Shown in pieces: positions 34,544 through 47,451 of a stretch of 64,000 bases of DNA (positions within the stretch are counted from its first letter, which is position 1; every line of letters begins with the position of its first letter). The stretch covers positions 1-64,000 of the forward strand of contig JBDOQK010000022.1 in assembly GCA_040437565.1 (NCBI GenBank), written 5' to 3'. The notes under the pieces were generated by a model. That model worked only from the letters and a program-made list of their open reading frames with translations. It was not told the origin of the DNA and made no database searches. The translations under genes were made by a program, and so were the position numbers. This DNA comes from Albugo candida. Taxonomy: Eukaryota.

Positions 34544-36019
34544 TTACCAGATTATGGAGTCAAATCTTTCCTTCTCCCGGTAATCATAATACTGAGCGTA
34601 TACCTTCCTGGAGGATTTTCGTCGCAAAGGATAATCACGCATGTCGAACGTATCACCCGTCCACTGTGCATCGGGACACATTGTTACTCTTCTGTTAAAT
34701 ACCATCCAGACGTAGCTTTTATAACTTGATACCACTAGTACCTCAAATTGACGAACCAAACACTCCAAGGATTCTTGATTCCTGTAAGTTACCCGCCCAG
34801 CGGTAGAACCCGGGACAGCTTCAATGGAATTTGACAGATGTTTGCTCAAGGATTGTTTGGATATCTCGTGGTCGCATATTTCGTTTGAAACGACTGTAAA
34901 GGTCCTGCAAGTCCTGATTTCTTTTGTACTGATACACCTCCCAAGTATCTTCTTTTGATTGCCTGTTAAACGAACCAGGTGTGTTATCGAGGTGAGTGTT
35001 TGTTGTTGTTCGAAGGTTGAGAGAAGGCACTCATCGCACTTTCCAAGAGTATTTCCGTAAGCCACAACACAATTGCTAGAAGTATTCATTATAAGATTTA
35101 TAGTTGTCGCTGGCAGATTTACCGAGATTTGGTTCGTAATCGGCAATTGATCGACCAGTGTGTGATAGTGTTTGTAGCAGTATTCCAATCTCACTTCCTG
35201 ATGAATAAAATCATCTCTACGGTTAAATAGAGAATCGGGAAGTTTCTTTTCGCCCCAAAGCAAATAGAAAGCGTCATGTTCATACGACTCATCCGTCTAC
35301 AACAAAGGCACAACGGTACCCAATTTGTCGTTCAAAACGAGCATGGCACGTGTGTTGAAGTATTTCTTAGCTCGTACATTGTCCATTGGGTGAAAAGTAG
35401 TATGGATACAGTGCAAGTCATATTGGACCACACCTTAGACCGGAGACCAGAATTTTTCAGTTGGAGTGAAGTAATAGTCTCTCTGATAAAGTTCACCACA
35501 GCTTCCATGTAAGCGACATATCATTACCAACGCGAGGATGCCAAATCGTCGCAGTGAGCGCATTGTGGCAATTCGGATAATGANNNNNNNNNNNNNNNNN
35601 NNNNNNNNNNNNNNNNNNNNNNNNNNNNNNNNNNNNNNNNNNNNNNNNNNNNNNNNNNNNNNNNNNNNNNNNNNNNNNNNNNNTAGAGAATCGGGAAGTT
35701 TCTTTTCGCCCCAAAGCAAATAGAAAGCGTCATGTTCATACGACTCATCCGTCTACAACAAAGGCACAACGGTACCCAATTTGTCGTTCAAAACGAGCAT
35801 GGCACGTGTGTTGAAGTATTTCTTAGCTCGTACATTGTCCATTGGGTGAAAAGTAGTATGGATACAGTGCAAGTCATATTGGACCACACCTTAGACCGGA
35901 GACCAGAATTTTTCAGTTGGAGTGAAGTAATAGTCTCTCTGATAAAGTTCACCACAGCTTCCATGTAAGCGACATATCATTACCAACGCGAGGATGCCAA
36001 ATCGTCGCAGTGAGCGCAT
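34544..36019 (-). pseudogene. Pseudogene of the CCG/CHxC-like secreted Cys-rich family (paralogue of 55742-57475)
   Basis: Signal peptide MRSLRRFGILALVMICRLHGSCG, then in-frame TAA (35891) and TAG. Downstream EVRLEYCYKHY, CVVAYGNTLGKCDECL, LGRCIST and SYVWM align with the intact gene's EVPLTDCYNHY, CVVAYSKYLEACASCI, FGKCITT and EYVWM. Confidence 0.85.
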
Positions 36020-39000
36020 TGTGGCAATTCGGATAATGAGCAAGGCTTCACAAAGATCATCAGGCCGTGTTTTCCATTCATTTTTAGAATGAAAATTCAA
36101 GTGAGATGAGTCCCCTTATGCGCGGCAATTATCAACATTTTTTATGAGAAAATTTACAAGTATCGAGCGCTTGTAACATATTAACACTACGCGAGAAAAT
36201 CCATGGAATCTGTTAATTCACACCATTTCCATTAGAAGTGTGTCTTTGCTTTCGAAAAGCGGATCGGTAGTTCTCGCACGCTTGGTCGCAGCTGCTTGAG
36301 TGCAACGCTTTTCTTCGAGATTGCATACTATTGTGTTGATGATGGTGTAGACCACATTGAACACGAAAGGCTGTGCGGGAGATTCTATTATTACATTTGC
36401 TGTAGTTAGGAATCTAAAACTCAATAAATGTACTTTTCACTTTTCCGGAACGTCGCACCTCTCCTTCCAACCCCTTTGCTTCAACAATATGCAGCATTAT
36501 GAGTACGTTATATAATAGTGTCCGCGGATTTTCTATTTATATGCGTGCCATCGCTTCTTATCGGATTGATTGTACGGTGTCTGTAAATTGAAGAACGGTC
36601 GTAAAGTATGCTTGAACGGTCCACCTTTGCAGATGTCGCACCTTAAAGCCTTTAGTGAAAGCTGTTCAGCGGACAAGCGGTCCGAGTGAAAATATCACTG
36701 GAGAAGAATGTAGAAAAATAAATCAAACAGAATGCAGAATTGATAATGCGGGCGATGTCTTCTCAAATGGAACTGATAGTCTCTTTTCCTGGCTTTTGCT
36801 ATGAACGTCACAATTGATCCCGTTATACGACGCAGTTGATGTAGCTCGTCTTACCTGGTATGATATTATTGTGCTTAAAACACGCAGCATTATTTGTCAA
36901 TGAAGGTACACGAGTTGCGTGCAAGAGTTGATGCGTTCAACAAAAGCGTATGTTTTACCGACAAAAATTTTAAGACACGCGTGTTTTTGATTAGAAAACA
37001 ACTATGTTTGCCATTCATTTTCTTGCCTCTTCTTGCAGCAACCGTACTTTTGAAGGATACAACCTTCAATAGGGCAGAATCGCCAAAGTCTTACAGGACA
37101 CTTTACTTGAAGGTACTGGTGTTTCGCTTTTAATTAAAATACAAAAATCCACCTGACGATCCAATAAAACAAGATATACGATGAGCATTTAGCAGCACCA
37201 GACACATCGATCTGGTCAGCTTTTTTTTTCTGTCCTCCTTCCTGAAATTGAGCCATAAGCTCTCCAGGTCATTCTTTTTATCAAATTCTTCAGCAAGAAA
37301 CTCGACTAGGAAATAGAAAGGGTACATTTGATGAGCANNNNNNNNNNNNNNNNNNNNNNNNNNNNNNNNNNNNNNNNNNNNNNNNNNNNNNNNNNNNNNN
37401 NNNNNNNNNNNNNNNNNNNNNNNNNNNNNNNNNNNNNTTTGAAGGATACAACCTTCAATAGGGCAGAATCGCCAAAGTCTTACAGGACACTTTACTTGAA
37501 GGTACTGGTGTTTCGCTTTTAATTAAAATACAAAAATCCACCTGACGATCCAATAAAACAAGATATACGATGAGCATTTAGCAGCACCAGACACATCGAT
37601 CTGGTCAGCTTTTTTTTTCTGTCCTCCTTCCTGAAATTGAGCCATAAGCTCTCCAGGTCATTCTTTTTATCAAATTCTTCAGCAAGAAACTCGACTAGGA
37701 AATAGAAAGGGTACATTTGATGAGCACGTGTATGTCTATGGTCTTAATTAATCAGGATTCAGCTTTAATCAAGGAACCATATCGATATAATATAAGATTA
37801 ATCCTCACATACAAATTAGCTCAAACGACTAATATAGTGCAACCTTATAGCATTCTGGAATGGTGGCTATATCCAACAGAGTTTGTCAATGAAATTAGTG
37901 TAGAGACGGATCGTACGCTCAAAGATCATCTTTTGGAATCAAGACGACCAAATAAAGAGGTTCTACGCAAATAGATCCATGATGAGCGAAACTAAAGCGA
38001 CAGATGAAATGGAGCAAAAACGATTTCAATTTGAGGAATTGAAATGCATCCACGTTCGAGATTGGAGAATGTAAAGCGGCAGAAGTCACGGCGTAGGCGG
38101 ACTTCTTTAGTGTATTCGAAACTTTTTCGGGTAATCTCGATACTGCGTGCGCTTCATCTCAGTCGAACGCTTGGGGTCATTTGCTTTGATTTACTAACTT
38201 CAGTCAAAGACATCGAGTACCGTTATTAATCAAATTCAAGTGAAATTTGCCTCATGTTTGCCACAATTTTGCTGCATTATAAAAAATGTCCTGACCTTGA
38301 CGGTGATTGGAGATGATCGAATGGCTCTTTGTGAAGCGCTCTCGAATATATAGATGCACATCATTACAGACACTCACCCTATTGATAAGCTTGATCAAGT
38401 TATTGTGGTCGGAAGCAGTTCTTGAAGGTATGGAAGCTGGATGAAATCTCCAACGTCTCAGGCATTACTTTGCTTGTAACTTGATCTGTTACAAATTTTT
38501 TCATGTGCGATAAGGCTTCCGGTTAGGCACTGAGGTATCCCACTCATTGCTACAAACCAAATTTTGAGATTGGGCAGTGGATCTTCATTCTTTTATTCAC
38601 ACTCCCATTTGCAATGAACCATCTAGAAAGTATCATTCAGAGAAAACTTTACGGAAGAAACTGACTTGAACTAATAGGCGTAAGACATTCTCTGTGTCAA
38701 AAATTCTGTTCGCGTCTGTCTCTCAATTGCGCCAAGCTTTCGTCAAGTCTTGTTGCAATACACAGATATGTATAAAGAAATTCCCAGGCTTCAGCTCTTC
38801 AGCACGGTCATTTTCACTTTATCGGTAGCACCAAACGACTCTGATTCAATTCTTCTTTTCTTAGTACTTGATGCGATTGTTGATGCTTCGGACGGCAATA
38901 AGCGCTAACAAAACCGGATTTCTTCTTCTATAAGAATCCTGTTGAAAACTATCACATCCACTAGCATTTTTTACTGCATGCTGAGTCTAAATTGCTATCG

Positions 39001-39729
39001 GATCTCGTCGAAAGTAAGATACTCGTCATCTGGCGCCCTATTGGACACCTTGGAATTCGTCGGTCAATTATTGGTAATGTGAGTGCTCCTAATTGAAACC
39101 AGGCCAAATGTTATGCCTGCGTCTTGAAAACGAGATGTAGTAGGTAGAGTCAGTGCCTAGGCTGCATAATAATAGCCGTTCTCTCGGAAGAAGGCCGCAC
39201 ATTGGACTTATAATAGACGTGTCGTGTGAAACTAAGGTCACGTACTCGAACAAACGCTTTTGTTCAACGCAACAAGTGTTGTACGCAATCCGTGATCTAA
39301 ATGATTATTTATTGTTGCGTGATGATGCGACGAATGACGATAGTATAATATCAGGTAAGGCGAGCTACATGAAGCTGGGCCTTCTAGCGGGACCGATTGT
39401 GACAATAATAGCTCAAGCCAGAAAAAAAGACTCTTACGTTCATTTGCAAGCCCCCGTATTATCAATTCTGCCGTATGTTTGAATTTTATTTCTATGACCG
39501 CTTGCCTCTTCGTCATCTCTCATTTATAGCGCCAAGTTGCGACATCCGCAAAGTTGTAACTTTGATATGCTTTCGGTTCGTTCTGCATTTCACAGATACC
39601 ATACCTCAAAGCTGATATCAATGAATCCGCAGAACCTTCTACATCTCACTTGATTTTTCACTCTAAAAATGAATGGAAACACGGCCTGATGATCTTTGTG
39701 AAGCCTTGCTCATTATCCAAATAGCCACA

Positions 39730-41016
39730 ATGCGCCCACTACGACGATTTGGCATCTTCGCGCTGGTATTGATATGTCGCTTACATGGAAGCTGTGTCAG
39801 AGGCTATAGCTTTAGTGAAGTTAAAATCCGAAGGAGTCCGAGATCGCTTTTGGGTCACCTTTGAAAAATTGCAGCATTGCTTGTACGAAATTGCGGCGGT
39901 GAGTAGAATCTCATTTAAGATCTATGAGGAAGAATCAAGAATCGATTTTCCAGTCAATGCTACAATGCTTGCCTTCTGACGTTTTTACAGTCAGTGCGAC
40001 CCAAACCATTACCAGCATCAAATTTACGATGCGCAGCTACAATCGCTCGGAAATTTGCATCTTGCTCCTGGTTCTGGGGAGTAAAGATTTGTAACATATG
40101 GAGAGGCATTGCAACTACAAGACGGAGAATTAGCTATTGCCTCGTGCTCTATGCGCAACTGGTCGGTACCGTCGAGTCAAAACCAGATGGAAAGTAAAGA
40201 CGAACTCGTTTGCTTACGATTTCTATCGCGTCGAACAGGAATGCCGCATTTATTTGCGACAGAAAAATGCTTTCAAGCCCCTCAGAGAATCTCAAGTGAT
40301 GGACGGAGAACGGAAATGTATACTATTTGTACTTTGTACATCACATATAAAAACAGATATCATCGATACATGCACAATGACAGATGCTTGCGTCGAGTTT
40401 GCAGATCTATATCCTGATGAAGTATACAAAGAAGTTCATAATAGGGAAGAGTCCAAAAATCCAAAAACGAAACATATGACTGTCTATAAACTTTTCACAA
40501 GAGGACGAGAACTATCACGCGTTTTACGGAAAAGCAACTTACATGAGACTTGCCATGATGGACTTGACATCCCAAAAGGGACGATTTATGCATTTTTTAC
40601 GGACATTCCGTATAAAGAACGAGCTTATCTTTTGTTCTGATCTGTAGGGGATGTCACCCGCTCTCTACTTGAGCCTAGAGATCGATATAAATATGTTCCC
40701 AGGTTCTAGCGCAGTGCGGGTAACGTACGAAACTGAAGCTTGCCTACGTTGTTTGCTCTGTCGGTCTGAAGTCCTAGTGGTATCAAGCGATAAAAAGTAC
40801 GTCTGGATGGTATATGACAGAACAGTACCTGAGTGTGACTATGCAAAGTGGACCCACCAGATGTTTCAAATGCCCAAATATCCTCTGCGACGAATTTCCG
40901 CGCGCAGGTGGACTCTGAATCATGACGCCCAGTGGGGTAAAATTCTCGTTTTAGAAAAGGGCAAACAATTTTGCCGACCAGAATGCATTGAGCGCGAGAA
41001 TAGTTTAATCGAGTGA
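39730..41016 (+). pseudogene. Pseudogene of the same CCG/CHxC-like family
   Basis: Signal peptide MRPLRRFGIFALVLICRLHGSC, followed by frameshifted fragments FEKLQHCLYEIAAV, CTSHIKTDIIDTCTMTDAC and VRVTYETEACLRCLL..VSSDKKYVWM. Confidence 0.85.
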
Positions 41017-43842
41017 TGACATTACCTTAATGAGAGTCAACCAATGTTTTTGCACTCGAAACGCAGCCTGATCCTTGTGTGGCATACGCTGTCAGACCTT
41101 AAAGATCGACTCATCTCTTCGCACAACGAAAAAAGTATCCTTCAGACGAACGAATTACCTTTGGATGGTGAGAGCGATGAAGAAAGTTACTGCACCGACT
41201 CTCTTATTGAAAAGTATAGTCGCACTCATATGCATGGAGAAAGCATCGCACTAAAGAAAAGTGAACACAAAAATTATTGTATTAAAGACAGGATCTAAAA
41301 TGTGTACACTACCTTCGAGTTACGACTCGTTGGTAAATGACGGCTGAACGGTACTTTATACGTTTGAGTATCGACAGCTGTCTATCGTGTATCACGTAAC
41401 TGATCTTCAGCTTAGAAAACATATTTCTTGTATCAAAACACCTTTTTGATGTACAATATGTCAGAGATCGACTGTTCATCTTCTGCTAGAGTATCAACTT
41501 TGATCGTGATTGTGACACCATCAGTATATCGTGTGGGAATTTTGGTCGTCAGATGGAAAAGAGTGGAAGGGACAACCGCGTATATGCTCACCTATACTCG
41601 CTTTGCTCAGCATAAAGGACTTTCGAACAATGTCGACTGTTATTTTGAAAATATGGTCTTTACCTTATCAAAGGTTGTATGTTGCGAAGGTACCAATGCG
41701 TTAGTATAAGACCCGACGAGTGGGCTGAGGTGATATTTTTCTCCGACCAAAAGCACAAGAATCTGAGTTATCTCGTCGGTAACATGATGGAACACCTGGA
41801 TGAAGCGGTACAACAGATGTCTCTACCACGTACATTTCATCGCGCAGACGAGCTTCACAATCGGTCCAAAGTTTCCAGTATTTAATTTAGGGTGGAAGGT
41901 TCAATATTTTGGAGTAATCTCGCAAAGGGTTATGTTCCAGCCGCTGTATCGATGCAATAATACAATATACCCAAACGCTTCGGAAACGATTAACAACAAA
42001 CATAAAGCCGTAAAGAAGCAAAAAGAGCGACTGCATAAATCCATGGATCCGAGTAAATGAACTTATGCTGTGGGGCTACACGAAAGGTTGTGGACATGAT
42101 TGAACAAGAAGTGCAACTCAAGCGAGCTGTCTAAGAAAAACTGCTTAAGAGCAAGCTTTGGCTTTCTTCCAGCTCTTTTTTCTTCTATTCAGAAACCCCT
42201 TTTAAAGGTAGACAGAGGAAGGAGGACCTGCAGGTGTTGACACTTTGGCGATCAGAAGAAAGAACGATGATAGGAGTCTTAAGCGCAAGCAACTGCGTCA
42301 TCGTCGCCCCGATTCACCAAAGAGAAGAACTTTAAAGCTTGCCAAAAAATATAGTGAGCGGACTAGCGAGTGGGAGTCGCGAGCATCACCCACCTTCTTT
42401 GTGGTGTTGATTCCATTCCTACTAGCCGTAACGAAGAGTTCACTGTGATCCATATTCGTAAAATCACTGCGACCGCTGTCGACTGCGACGTAAGGGGTCT
42501 CCACAAATCTCCGATGACGACAACAACACTATCGTCCATCAGATTGGTGCATAGGCAATCACTTATCATGGCTCAATTACAGCATCTACACTGTTTTTGT
42601 CGCAGGGTGACCTCAAAGGCGTGGACACAAACATCTATCTTGCACTTTTTCTACTCGTAGATACAAAAGAAAGCTGTATCGTCTATAACGAAAAAAACGG
42701 CCGCCCGTCACGCACAAATGCCGTACAATGCGCAAACACTTCCACGCAGAGGCGACTGAATCCTTTTCTATCAACCGCTTCCCTTGTTCACGACATGGAA
42801 TTTAAATGACTCATGATACAGCATAAGAAATGTTGACGTGCGTCTAGCAAAGGTGCTGGAAGCATCGATATTAGTTTGTTTGACAATGTATTCCTGATTG
42901 ATCACTAGATAGTCGCTAGAGGTGTCAGATCTTTTGGTAGAACACTCAAGATCCAAATTTGCATCGCATAGTGAGATATACACGTCACGAAGAATTGGTC
43001 CCCAATTGAGATCAGGAATGAAGACACTGTACGGCGCTTAAACTTGGATTCCTATCGTGGTGTTCAGTATCCATCCTTTCATTTTATTGATTATCATAAC
43101 ATTCATAGGCTGATCATTCCACAGCCTCATCGTTCCGATACGTACAGCTTTGTCATAACTTTCAACTTATTGCAGCACAGATCTAGTGTCAGTTTCTGTA
43201 GAAGCTTTCATATTTCACACTTGCCATGAAACAATCTGTTTCGCATTCGGCTCACTTGACTTATTTACCTCATCAGAGTCACGCGTGAATCAACGCCTTT
43301 GTATGCATAGCTCTTTGCGGACGAGCTTATAGCATGATACGTAATGTGTCATTAACAGAAGATATTTCTATACACAGACGAGCCTGGTTTGTTGAATGCT
43401 GCTTACTGATGATGCGTCATTTGCAGCGTGATCATTTCGACTGTGTGCGAGATTGGATTTGACAAAGCACACCATCTTGAGTACTTTGACGTCTACACGA
43501 AAGAGCCTCTTTAGACATATCATTAGACACCCTGCTGTAGCATTCTTTGAGTTTGTCGAATGATGATACAATCCACGCATCGGACACCTCTATCTAAGCA
43601 TTCAACGCTCGCTTAATCCATCATCTCCTGTGCTTATATATCGTTTGGTCTCAGCTTTTTTTCAATTGAAAGTCATCTCATTACAAGGAAGAGAACGGAA
43701 ATGAGAGTTGAATAGAGTCTATTTACTGAGCAGGATACTATTTATGCGTACTTCAGCCTGACTCCAATATTTCTCGTTACTCTAATGAACTCCAGTATGT
43801 AATTCTCACATCCAAGCAATGCTCATAATTAAAGCAGCCTCA

Positions 43843-45227
43843 ATGCGCTGACTGCGACGAGTTGGAATTTTTGTACTAGTAAAAGTATTGCGCTTACATG
43901 GAAGCTGTAATCAACCCAACCGAAAAGACTATATCCACTTTACAGGCATACACGGCTCAAACTCTGCATGCAAAATGTGGTCGAAATATAAATGTTGGCA
44001 GCATTGCTTTTACGAAATTGCCCGAGTGAGTAAAATATCATTGAAGATGGTCGAAACAATTAGAATGAGAACGGAATTCAAAGTTACTGCTTCGATGCTT
44101 GCTGCACACTCATTTGCAACGACGAATACACAAACTCGGGAAGAGAGTATTGAGGCATGCGCCGAGTTTGACGATATGTATCCTGACCATGAATGTGATA
44201 GATCCACAATAAGGAAGCCTGGAAGCATCGTGATGATTATTTCTTCACGGAAAAAAGGAAGAGGATCTACCGATCGACAGGACGACGTGAAGCACGCTTT
44301 CTGCACTGTATCAATACCACGTCTTGGCAGGTGCCTTTACATACTGAAGAGTTGGCTGTATTCGACACGTGTGACGGGTATGGAGTGGGAAAATATGTGC
44401 ACTCGTCAAGTTTCAACCCTGAGAGTACACGATCGACCTTACATTTATTACGGTCTCCTGACGATTGTAGCGAAACAACTTTGAATCGAGTGTCAGGTTT
44501 TCAATTAGAGGAATAAGATTTGAGAGAGTGTTACAAAGACTACCAAGCACACTTTGATACATCGCCAATCAAAGGCCAAATCTCTTTATATGTTTCAGAG
44601 CCACTTACAAAGAATACCAAGTAATTGTATTCTGGCTTACCACGATGCATCTGGAAAAGGAGAGGAGTAAATACATCAGTGGAAGGACCAACAAAGGCTG
44701 CAACAAGCTTGTATCTGTTCCAAATGAAATGTGTGTGCACGAGAAATTGAAGCACCCAAACTCGGCTCAACAAGAAACCGCCCGAGTCATTTTGGAAGCC
44801 TCGTTACCATTGTTTGGAAAGTAATGTATCGCCACAACGTTTGGCTCATTTCAATCAAGTACTATTGGTATCAACACACGAACGGTATGTCTCGACTGTG
44901 AGCCCCGAAGAGGAGATGACGGGCTGTAATAGAGGAGTGATCACGACGGATAGAGCGCTCATGTTTTTGGCTGTTCGTCAAGGAGAAGGCGTTATGAAGA
45001 AGCAGTCATGTGAATCGCTATTGTCGACCAGATTCCTGTGTGAACAAGGGTATCGAGCCCTCAAGACGATTCTGCATCCGCCACATGCGTTCAATCTGAA
45101 AGTTTGGTGTATAAAGAATCAATGTAGGGTACTAAAGGAGCTTGACTTTGGTATCTCCGATTGTTATGTAGCTCCTTGGTACCCAAAAACGTGCTCATGC
45201 TGTGCTCGCTTTTTACAAACTCATTAA
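43843..45227 (+). pseudogene. Pseudogene of the same CCG/CHxC-like family (nonsense at codon 3)
   Basis: ATG CGC TGA CTG CGA CGA, where the paralogue has ATG CGC TCA CTG CGA CGA. Then RLHGSC, CWQHCFYEIARVSKISLK, EACAEFDDMYPD and VLLVSTHERYV. There are further frameshifts. Confidence 0.8.
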
Positions 45228-46066
45228 ACAACAGCAAAGTACTTCNNNNNNNNNNNNNNNNNNNNNNNNNNNNNNNNNNNNNNNNNNNNNNNNNNNNNNN
45301 NNNNNNNNNNNNNNNNNNNNNNNNNNNNNNNNNNNNNNNNNNNNNCAGCCTCATCGTTCCGATACGTACAGCTTTGTCATAACTTTCAACTTATTGCAGC
45401 ACAGATCTAGTGTCAGTTTCTGTAGAAGCTTTCATATTTCACACTTGCCATGAAACAATCTGTTTCGCATTCGGCTCACTTGACTTATTTACCTCATCAG
45501 AGTCACGCGTGAATCAACGCCTTTGTATGCATAGCTCTTTGCGGACGAGCTTATAGCATGATACGTAATGTGTCATTAACAGAAGATATTTCTATACACA
45601 GACGAGCCTGGTTTGTTGAATGCTGCTTACTGATGATGCGTCATTTGCAGCGTGATCATTTCGACTGTGTGCGAGATTGGATTTGACAAAGCACACCATC
45701 TTGAGTACTTTGACGTCTACACGAAAGAGCCTCTTTAGACATATCATTAGACACCCTGCTGTAGCATTCTTTGAGTTTGTCGAATGATGATACAATCCAC
45801 GCATCGGACACCTCTATCTAAGCATTCAACGCTCGCTTAATCCATCATCTCCTGTGCTTATATATCGTTTGGTCTCAGCTTTTTTTCAATTGAAAGTCAT
45901 CTCATTACAAGGAAGAGAACGGAAATGAGAGTTGAATAGAGTCTATTTACTGAGCAGGATACTATTTATGCGTACTTCAGCCTGACTCCAATATTTCTCG
46001 TTACTCTAATGAACTCCAGTATGTAATTCTCACATCCAAGCAATGCTCATAATTAAAGCAGCCTCA

Positions 46067-47451
46067 ATGCGCTGACTGCGACGAGTTGGAATTTTTGTAC
46101 TAGTAAAAGTATTGCGCTTACATGGAAGCTGTAATCAACCCAACCGAAAAGACTATATCCACTTTACAGGCATACACGGCTCAAACTCTGCATGCAAAAT
46201 GTGGTCGAAATATAAATGTTGGCAGCATTGCTTTTACGAAATTGCCCGAGTGAGTAAAATATCATTGAAGATGGTCGAAACAATTAGAATGAGAACGGAA
46301 TTCAAAGTTACTGCTTCGATGCTTGCTGCACACTCATTTGCAACGACGAATACACAAACTCGGGAAGAGAGTATTGAGGCATGCGCCGAGTTTGACGATA
46401 TGTATCCTGACCATGAATGTGATAGATCCACAATAAGGAAGCCTGGAAGCATCGTGATGATTATTTCTTCACGGAAAAAAGGAAGAGGATCTACCGATCG
46501 ACAGGACGACGTGAAGCACGCTTTCTGCACTGTATCAATACCACGTCTTGGCAGGTGCCTTTACATACTGAAGAGTTGGCTGTATTCGACACGTGTGACG
46601 GGTATGGAGTGGGAAAATATGTGCACTCGTCAAGTTTCAACCCTGAGAGTACACGATCGACCTTACATTTATTACGGTCTCCTGACGATTGTAGCGAAAC
46701 AACTTTGAATCGAGTGTCAGGTTTTCAATTAGAGGAATAAGATTTGAGAGAGTGTTACAAAGACTACCAAGCACACTTTGATACATCGCCAATCAAAGGC
46801 CAAATCTCTTTATATGTTTCAGAGCCACTTACAAAGAATACCAAGTAATTGTATTCTGGCTTACCACGATGCATCTGGAAAAGGAGAGGAGTAAATACAT
46901 CAGTGGAAGGACCAACAAAGGCTGCAACAAGCTTGTATCTGTTCCAAATGAAATGTGTGTGCACGAGAAATTGAAGCACCCAAACTCGGCTCAACAAGAA
47001 ACCGCCCGAGTCATTTTGGAAGCCTCGTTACCATTGTTTGGAAAGTAATGTATCGCCACAACGTTTGGCTCATTTCAATCAAGTACTATTGGTATCAACA
47101 CACGAACGGTATGTCTCGACTGTGAGCCCCGAAGAGGAGATGACGGGCTGTAATAGAGGAGTGATCACGACGGATAGAGCGCTCATGTTTTTGGCTGTTC
47201 GTCAAGGAGAAGGCGTTATGAAGAAGCAGTCATGTGAATCGCTATTGTCGACCAGATTCCTGTGTGAACAAGGGTATCGAGCCCTCAAGACGATTCTGCA
47301 TCCGCCACATGCGTTCAATCTGAAAGTTTGGTGTATAAAGAATCAATGTAGGGTACTAAAGGAGCTTGACTTTGGTATCTCCGATTGTTATGTAGCTCCT
47401 TGGTACCCAAAAACGTGCTCATGCTGTGCTCGCTTTTTACAAACTCATTAA
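46067..47451 (+). pseudogene. Second, apparently identical copy of 43843-45227 (probably assembly redundancy)
   Basis: Offset is exactly 2224 bp, all ORF translations are identical, and the copies are separated by a 100-N gap. Confidence 0.45.
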
